A stretch of 64,000 nt of DNA from Candidatus Poribacteria bacterium (GTDB lineage: Bacteria; Poribacteria; WGA-4E; PCPOR2b), in the NCBI GenBank assembly GCA_965215015.1, contig OZ244042.1, positions 5,696,001 to 5,760,000 on the forward strand, written 5' to 3'. Of this stretch, positions 57,667-64,000 are shown piece by piece (position 1 is the stretch's first letter; the number at the start of each line of letters is the position of its first letter). The notes under the pieces are model-generated. The model was not told where the DNA came from. It saw only the letters and a program-made list of their open reading frames with translations, and made no database searches. The position numbers and the translations under genes were made by a program.

Positions 57667-59118
57667 ATGGCATACAAATACGAATACGAAACCGTTATTG
57701 GTCTGGAGATTCACGCTGAATTATCGACAAACAGCAAACTCTTTTGCAACTGTGAGGTGGAGTTCGGATCTGAGGCAAATACGCGAACCTGCCCCATCTG
57801 TTTGGGGATGCCCGGTGTGCTGCCTGTGATGAATCAGCGGGCGGTCGAGTTCTCCATTCGCGCCGCTTTAGGATTGAATTGCAAAATTGCGTCTTACAGC
57901 AAGTTCGATCGGAAAAATTACTTCTATCCAGATTTGCCCAAAGGTTACCAAATCTCACAGTATGATCTACCCCTTGCCTACGACGGCTATGTTGATTATG
58001 AACTGGAGGGTGAGACAAAACGCGTTCGTATTAATCGCATCCATCTAGAGGAGGATGCGGGAAAGCTAGTCCATGCAGACATAACGGGAAACCCAAATCA
58101 GAGCTATGTGGACTTCAACCGTTCATGTGTGCCGCTGTTAGAGATTGTCAGCGAGCCCGATCTACGTTCTCCCGAAGAAGCGATCGCCTATTGGCGTGCT
58201 GTCAAAGAAATCCTAGAATATGTTGAAGTCAGCGATTGCAACATGGAAGAGGGAAGTTTCCGCTGTGATGCGAACATCTCCCTGCGTCCCGTCGGTAGCA
58301 AAGAGTTGGGGACACGGACTGAATTAAAAAATAAAAATTCATTTCAGCATGTGCTGACTGCCTTGGAATACGAGGAGAAGCGCCAAGCGCGGATTCTCGA
58401 TCAGGGGGGGCAAGTTATCCAAGAAACCGTGCTGTTTGATATCAACACCGGCAGGACCGCATCGATGCGAAGCAAAGAGGAAGCCCACGATTATCGCTAC
58501 TTTCCTGAACCCGACCTTGTTCCTTTTGAGGTAGACGCAGCAGAAGTTGAACGTATCCGATCAGCGTTACCGGAATTACCCGCCGAGCGTCGCAAGCGTT
58601 TTGTGGAAGCATATGGCATTCCCACTTACGATGCAGAATTTCTTACTGCCACGCGGCAGCTAGCGGACTTTTTCGACGAAACAGCACGGCTCAGTGGCGA
58701 TCCGAAGTCAAGCAGTAACTGGATCATGAGTGACCTATCGGGGTTGTTGAACAATGCAGGGATAGAGATTCAGGATACTAAAATAACTCCCGCTCATCTC
58801 AGCGAACTGATTCAACTTATTAAAAATCAAACAATCAGCGGCAAAATTGCTAAATCTGTCCTACCCGATGTTTTTGAAACCGGTAAAACTCCAAAGCAAA
58901 TCGTCGAGGAGAAAGGACTGGCACAGATTTCCGACGCCTCTGCGATCGAATCAGTCGTTGATCAGGTCATCGGAGAAAATCCGGGACCCGCACAAGATTA
59001 TCGGGACGGGAAGCAGAAGGCAATCGGTTTCCTCGTCGGTCAGGTGATGAAAGCGACCAGAGGCAAAGCCAACCCGCAGATGGTCAACCAACTCTTGCGC
59101 CAGAAACTTGATGAGTAA
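57667..59118 (+). CDS. gatB: Asp/Glu-tRNA amidotransferase subunit B
   Basis: YETVIGLEIHAEL, FDRKNYFYPDLPKGYQISQ, HLEEDAGK, RSKEEAHDYRYFPEPDL, GQVMKATRGKANP. Confidence 0.98.
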   Translation: MAYKYEYETVIGLEIHAELSTNSKLFCNCEVEFGSEANTRTCPICLGMPGVLPVMNQRAVEFSIRAALGLNCKIASYSKFDRKNYFYPDLPKGYQISQYDLPLAYDGYVDYELEGETKRVRINRIHLEEDAGKLVHADITGNPNQSYVDFNRSCVPLLEIVSEPDLRSPEEAIAYWRAVKEILEYVEVSDCNMEEGSFRCDANISLRPVGSKELGTRTELKNKNSFQHVLTALEYEEKRQARILDQGGQVIQETVLFDINTGRTASMRSKEEAHDYRYFPEPDLVPFEVDAAEVERIRSALPELPAERRKRFVEAYGIPTYDAEFLTATRQLADFFDETARLSGDPKSSSNWIMSDLSGLLNNAGIEIQDTKITPAHLSELIQLIKNQTISGKIAKSVLPDVFETGKTPKQIVEEKGLAQISDASAIESVVDQVIGENPGPAQDYRDGKQKAIGFLVGQVMKATRGKANPQMVNQLLRQKLDE

Positions 59119-59156
59119 GGTGCCATCAAAAGACTCGTCAAAGCCCCAGTGTTATC

Positions 59157-60254
59157 ATGACAATCCACAGCAAGCGATATTATCAGGAGGCAGATAAAAT
59201 CAACCTAAAAGGGTTGACACTGTTTGAATTGGAAGAACTCTTCACACAGTGGGGCGAACCGAAGTATCGTGCACAGCAACTGATGTCATGGATGTATCGC
59301 AGGCGGGTGGGGACATTCGAGGCAATGACGAACCTGTCCCATAAGCTAAGGCAGAGGTTGGCGAATCTGGCTTACATCAACGAGGCACGTATCCTCACGC
59401 GCACAACCTCCAACACCGACACAGCAATCAAATACCTGTTTGAGCTCACTGATGGCAGCCGGGTCGAAAGCGTTTTGATGTATGATCAAGACCGAATTAC
59501 GGTCTGCCTCTCCTCACAGGTGGGCTGCGCGATGGCATGTGATTTTTGCGCGACCGCGAAGATGGGATTTTTTCGTAACTTGACGGTGGCGGAGATTTTG
59601 GACCAGTTGATAACAATTGAACGTGAAATGGACGATGAAAAAGGTGTGACGCATGTTGTGTTCATGGGGATGGGAGAGCCGCTGGCGAACTACGATCAGA
59701 CCGTGAAGGCAATCCGTTTGATGACGGACGCGAATGGGTTAGGGATATCTGAGGGGAAAATCACCGTCTCCACCTCCGGTTTAGCCCGTCGCATACGGCA
59801 ATTTACCCGCGAGCGGCTCAAGTGCAATCTCGCCCTTTCGTTAAATGCCACAACCGATGAAGCCCGCACCCACCTGATGCCAATCAACGCCAAATATCCA
59901 ATTAATGAAGTCCTCGACGCTACGCGGGAATGGGCACTTACAACACAACGTCCCGCCACGCTCGAATACGTTCTAATCCGCGGTGTGAATGACAGTGTTG
60001 CAGACGCCAAACGCCTCCGCAAACTGATGGGGCAGCTGCCGTGCAAGCTAAACCTCATCCCGTTCAACGAGATCGAAGGTGCGGATTTTCAACGTCCCAA
60101 ACTCGATCAGATTGAGCGATTTCGCCGCATTGTTGCTGATGGGCACCATGTCGCACCGATCCGATTCAGCAAAGGCAGAGACATCGCCGCCGCCTGTGGT
60201 CAACTCCGAACAATTTACGAGAAACAGGGGGCGATGCTAGCTCAAGTATCATAG
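59157..60254 (+). CDS. rlmN: Dual-specificity RNA methyltransferase RlmN
   Basis: CLSSQVGCAMACDFCAT, VVFMGMGEPLAN, EYVLI.GVND, NLIPFN, DIAAACGQL. Confidence 0.95.
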   Translation: MTIHSKRYYQEADKINLKGLTLFELEELFTQWGEPKYRAQQLMSWMYRRRVGTFEAMTNLSHKLRQRLANLAYINEARILTRTTSNTDTAIKYLFELTDGSRVESVLMYDQDRITVCLSSQVGCAMACDFCATAKMGFFRNLTVAEILDQLITIEREMDDEKGVTHVVFMGMGEPLANYDQTVKAIRLMTDANGLGISEGKITVSTSGLARRIRQFTRERLKCNLALSLNATTDEARTHLMPINAKYPINEVLDATREWALTTQRPATLEYVLIRGVNDSVADAKRLRKLMGQLPCKLNLIPFNEIEGADFQRPKLDQIERFRRIVADGHHVAPIRFSKGRDIAAACGQLRTIYEKQGAMLAQVS

Positions 60255-60289
60255 CAAATGCCAATTCATCAACCAGATCGGAGATTTCA

Positions 60290-60820
60290 GAGAATACAGA
60301 GTCTCTGAAATTTTTGAAAAGACTTTTGTCGATTGTTATCACCCAAACTGAGCTCGTCCCTTTTAATCCTTCCTCATGTTGTCGCGAGTTTATCGCGTTT
60401 CTTTACAGTGCCAATGATGGATTCCGAAATCACTTCAAAGTCATCGATAAGCCCCGTGTCCTGCACGGAATAGTTCACAAGCCCAATTCTGCCACTGCGC
60501 TTCTCGCCGTGCCTAAATTCAATAGTTTTCTCAAGCTGCTCCTCAAGTCCAGCATGGACGACATGCCCATCCCCTCTGACCTCAATTTTGAACTCAAACC
60601 ACTTATCAACCGGCGTATGCTCCACCCGGGGATCTGCTTATTGATTGTGAGTTCCCACGCCTTACCAATTCGCTTGTAACTTTTGTGATATATCCTCATC
60701 GTACCCCCCTAGGTGGGACATCAATAGCAGAAACATGAACATGGTAGTGTGGTAAATTGGGAGATTCTTCCAGACGATAAAACACACCCACTTCGCAAAC
60801 CTGACCCTCAATCCACTTGA
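60290..60820 (-). pseudogene. Fragmented gene (DUF1080-like C-terminus) with the KLATT[W->stop]GRIK tail
   Basis: WFEFKIEVRGD...SGRIGL...IDDFEV...KRDKLATT-TGA-GRIK; frameshifts upstream; abuts the IS605 right end. Confidence 0.55.
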
Positions 60821-60824
60821 GTCT

Positions 60825-61340
60825 TTGACACACTTCCCCACCTTCTTAAAGGGTAGGGATTTTTGTTCGTTGCTTTAGGGTGTTGAATTGCTTTATCAAC
60901 GAAGTTAGCTCCGATTCTACTGGAGACTTACGCCCCCTTCTGAGCGGGTGGATGCCCCAACCCTATAGATATTAACCGCCGCATTGTGGTCTCTATCCAA
61001 CTGTATATCACAGCTTGGACACTGCCAGGTTTTATCACGAAGGTTCAGGCCTTGATTGATTGCACCGCAAACATGATAAGTCTTACGGGAAGGATACCAC
61101 TTGGCTATGGATCGAATTTCCCTAATTTTCTTAGAAGCGATATACTTCAGTTTCTGCACAAAATCGGAGCCCCCCAATCACTGACCTTCCGTCCCCAAAG
61201 GCTTTTTATGCCCTACTGGTTGAGGGGCTCCAGTGAAATTCAATTATATCTATCTGTGAGATCATGGACAAGTTCCCAATGGAAATTAGCCCGTTGATTC
61301 GCAATCTTGCGGTGTTTCCAAGCAAGATTGATTTACGCGC
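60825..61340 (-). mobile_element. tnpB: Decayed IS200/IS605 element: tnpB 3' fragment plus right-end/omegaRNA region
   Basis: KHRKIANQRANFHWEL...LWGRKVSD (with stops and a frameshift), then FVQKLKY...YPSRK...CG...WQCPSC...DRDHNAAVNI. Right end AAATCCCTACCCTT...AAGGTGGGGAAGTGTGTCAA ends at 60825. Confidence 0.8.
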
Positions 61341-61384
61341 CCTTTTCTGGTGTTGGCATTGAGCCTTCAACTGCGTAAGTCCTA
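61341..61384. mobile_element. Orphan right end of MITE family 1 truncating tnpB
   Basis: CCTTTTCTGGTGTTGG...AACTGCGTAAGTCCTA; terminus identical to 19441-19456. Confidence 0.6.
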
Positions 61385-61544
61385 AACCGTTTTCTGAATT
61401 GGCTAGTATTGATTTTCACATCAATTGCTTTCTTTATATAAAGCACCAATTGAAAAATGATTCAATGTAGGTTATAATAGCAAAGATGGTGTAAAAATTC
61501 GGTACAAATTCTGTAGAAATATAATTACAGAGAGCAGCAAGAAG

Positions 61545-62354
61545 ATGAGTGTAAAATCATCGCAACCCATTATTCGTCCTTTGCATTACGTACTCCTGAT
61601 TTTATCCCTCTTTCTCATTGGCTGGATAGGTAGTTGGTCTCAGACGATTAAGCGTGGAAATATACACTATGAGGCAGGGGCGTACGACGCCGCGCTCGAA
61701 GCCTACCTATCAGCAGCAAAAGATCGACCTGAAGATGCGATTTCCCGCTACAATCTGGGGGCAGCACTATACCAAAGAGAGGAATTTGAGAAAGCGGCAG
61801 ATGAATTTAGGCGGTCACTCGACGCAGCAGATCCAATCTATAGGGCGCAAGGATACTACAATTTGGGCAATACCCAAGCGCAACTCAATGATATAGAGGG
61901 GGCAATTCGATCCTACAAAAGTGCATTGCGCTTGAACCCAACGGATTTGGACACCAAGCATAACCTAGAACTTGCACTTGAGAAGTTGGAACAAAATTCG
62001 CAGCAGAACCAATCAAACTCCGGAGATGAGGGCAAAGACCGGCAGGAACAAGATTCGCAACAACAGAATCAGGATCCACAGGACAGCGACGAACAGGAAC
62101 CGAATCAGCAAAATCGGGAGCAGCCGGCAGAATCGAATCAACAGCAACCGAATCACGAATCATCGGAGCAGGAAGCCACCTCTGAAGCATCTCCACCGCA
62201 AAAAGGACAGGAGTCCATGCAGCAGTCAGCTAGAATGTCCAAGGAAGATGCCATTCGACTGTTAGAGGCTGTCAAAGATAATGAAAAAGAGATTCAGAAG
62301 AAATTATTACAAAAACGATTTTCGAGGCGTCGGCGAACTGAGAAGGATTGGTAG
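61545..62354 (+). CDS. BatC-like TPR protein with Gln-rich linker
   Basis: GN.HY..G.Y, YNLG.ALY, YYNLGN, TKHNLELAL, Q-rich tract, MSKEDA.RLL.A, terminal EKDW. Confidence 0.85.
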   Translation: MSVKSSQPIIRPLHYVLLILSLFLIGWIGSWSQTIKRGNIHYEAGAYDAALEAYLSAAKDRPEDAISRYNLGAALYQREEFEKAADEFRRSLDAADPIYRAQGYYNLGNTQAQLNDIEGAIRSYKSALRLNPTDLDTKHNLELALEKLEQNSQQNQSNSGDEGKDRQEQDSQQQNQDPQDSDEQEPNQQNREQPAESNQQQPNHESSEQEATSEASPPQKGQESMQQSARMSKEDAIRLLEAVKDNEKEIQKKLLQKRFSRRRRTEKDW

Positions 62355-62370
62355 GAGGTAAGGCAAAAAT

Positions 62371-64000
62371 ATGGGGACCAGGGAAGCACAGAACAAAGCG
62401 TTCAAAGGTTCAGGTGTTTGGAGATTAAGGCGTTCATCTGTACTTCACGTTTCATGTTTCGCGCTTTTTGAATTCTTGTTTTTCATTCTTTTCGACAACG
62501 TTGCTTATAGCCAAGACATCACTGTATCAGCAGATGTCACTCCTAAAATTATTAGTCTCAACGAAACGGCGACTTTGCGTATAACGATTTCCGCTAATCA
62601 GCAACTGGGAAATGTTGCACCGCCAAAGCTAAAGGCATTGCCGGAATTCAAGGTTTCTTACGGCGGTTCATCCAGCCAATACAATCTCTCCGGCAATCAG
62701 TTGTCTGTGTCGGTGACTTGGACTTACCTGTTGAGACCTAAGAAGGTGGGACAATTTACGGTGCCGGAGATTCACATCTCCCATGGCAACAAAACCTACG
62801 CGGTAGATCCGTTACCCATCAAAGTGTTACCGCAAGCTAAGAGCCCTTTCCAAACTAAATCGACACAAAATGCTTTAACGGACACATTTTCTAGCAGTAC
62901 ACATAAAGTTGAAGCCTCTGTCGATAATTCACGCCCCTATGTCAACGAGCAGATCATATATACCTTTCGGTATCTTTATACCGCCCGCATCCCAAGTTTC
63001 ACCACTCCCAAATACACGCCGCCTTCCTTGAGGCAGTTTTGGACGACAGAATTGGAAAGGAAACAGGGGCACCGGCAAGTGATTGATGGAACCCTCTACC
63101 GGATTGAGGAGATTCAGGTTGGGTTGTTTGCAATTACCGCTGGTAAAGTCACAATTGAGCCGGCGAAGCTATCACTCCCGCTTGCTGCGAGGCGGGGTCT
63201 CCCCCAAACGTCCAAAGTGCTTGTCACAGACCCGGTTGAAGTCAATGTTCGTCCGCTCCCCCAGAAGGGTAAACCTACAGACTTTGCAGGCACCGTCGGT
63301 CAATATCGTATCCATGCACAAACCAATCAGCAGACAATCGAAGCGGGGGAAGGATTCACGCTGCGGGTGGAGGTCTCTGGGACAGGGAATATCAAGACAG
63401 TTCCCGCCCCAATCGTTCCTGCGCTTCCAAATATGGCAATATATGACCCTCAGATTACAGATGCCATGAGTGTAGTGGATTCAAAAATTCGAGGAAGGCG
63501 CACGTATGAATATGTTATTATTCCATCAAAGGAAGGGCGGTGGACAATTCCTGCGATTGACTACCCTTATTTCGATCCACAGACGGAGAGCTACCAGGTT
63601 GCGCGTACTGTACCCATCACTATTAATGTGCTTTCTAACCCGGATGGGACTGCTGGAACAACGCCCCCACATACAACACAATCTGACATACACCTCCTCA
63701 AACAGGACATTCGATATATCAAGCCGGATTCGCTTGAATTATCGAATCAACACCTCTACCCTTATAAGCGTGTATCATTTTGGGTTGCCCAGACCTTGCC
63801 TGTTGCCATTGTGCTGTCTGCGTGGTTCTATCGGCAGCGGCAAGCCAAGCGAGATCCCAAACAGCTTCGAGGGCAGTACGCCGCGAAGAACGCCCTGCAA
63901 ATCATTGAGGCCGCTGAGAAACACACCACGAATGAACCAATAGCGTTCTATAGCGCGCTCGCCCACGGATTGTACTATTACATTGGAGACATCTTCGATA
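62371..64000 (+). CDS. BatD-like protein (runs off the window end)
   Basis: ATG 62371 after AGGAGG; open frame to the end; YLLRPKKVGQFTVP, PYVNEQI.YT, VNVRPLP..GKP.DFAGTVG.Y, SGTGNI, YPYFDP....YQ, DIRYIK. Confidence 0.85.
   Translation, partial: MGTREAQNKAFKGSGVWRLRRSSVLHVSCFALFEFLFFILFDNVAYSQDITVSADVTPKIISLNETATLRITISANQQLGNVAPPKLKALPEFKVSYGGSSSQYNLSGNQLSVSVTWTYLLRPKKVGQFTVPEIHISHGNKTYAVDPLPIKVLPQAKSPFQTKSTQNALTDTFSSSTHKVEASVDNSRPYVNEQIIYTFRYLYTARIPSFTTPKYTPPSLRQFWTTELERKQGHRQVIDGTLYRIEEIQVGLFAITAGKVTIEPAKLSLPLAARRGLPQTSKVLVTDPVEVNVRPLPQKGKPTDFAGTVGQYRIHAQTNQQTIEAGEGFTLRVEVSGTGNIKTVPAPIVPALPNMAIYDPQITDAMSVVDSKIRGRRTYEYVIIPSKEGRWTIPAIDYPYFDPQTESYQVARTVPITINVLSNPDGTAGTTPPHTTQSDIHLLKQDIRYIKPDSLELSNQHLYPYKRVSFWVAQTLPVAIVLSAWFYRQRQAKRDPKQLRGQYAAKNALQIIEAAEKHTTNEPIAFYSALAHGLYYYIGDIFD

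Noticed and set aside
60374-60376. TGA read as Trp (alternative genetic code) or Sec in the KLATT*GRIK tail
   Set aside because: Other genes use TGG for Trp and TGA as a true stop (e.g. guaA); the gene is also frameshifted, so it is a pseudogene.
1-64000. CRISPR array, rRNA, prophage or intact transposase/integrase
   Set aside because: No regularly spaced repeats, rRNA signatures or such ORFs were seen.

Overview
Bacterial chromosomal window of moderate GC, most consistent with Candidatus Poribacteria or a relative. This is an inference from many secreted LamG-type proteins ending in a 'V(E/A)PxGKLAxxWGxIK' tail, plus PhyH, Gfo/Idh/MocA and TPR genes. Housekeeping and metabolic content: a sugar ABC transporter with two Tat-lipoprotein binding proteins, ilvB-ilvN-ilvC under a Val-type T-box leader, sodA, guaA, gatB, rlmN, an EnvC-like gene, batC/batD-like genes and tRNA-Leu(CAG). 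The most notable items are: (1) eight co-oriented secreted-protein genes (7748-15322), seven of them LamG paralogs with a constant scaffold and four hypervariable loops, all sharing a short C-terminal motif, preceded by a compact RNA structure resembling a class-II cobalamin riboswitch that sequesters the first RBS; (2) three TPR paralogs with near-identical 3' DNA and divergent 5' halves, lying directly upstream of tRNA-Leu or the T-box, with duplicated flanks; (3) two genes each broken by an exact 5-bp tandem duplication; (4) two families of short TIR elements (MITE-like) sharing internal modules; (5) a possibly split vitamin-K-carboxylase-like (HTTM) gene pair; (6) a decayed IS200/IS605 tnpB. 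No CRISPR array, rRNA or reverse transcriptase was seen. All product calls come from motif recognition by eye; no database searches were run.
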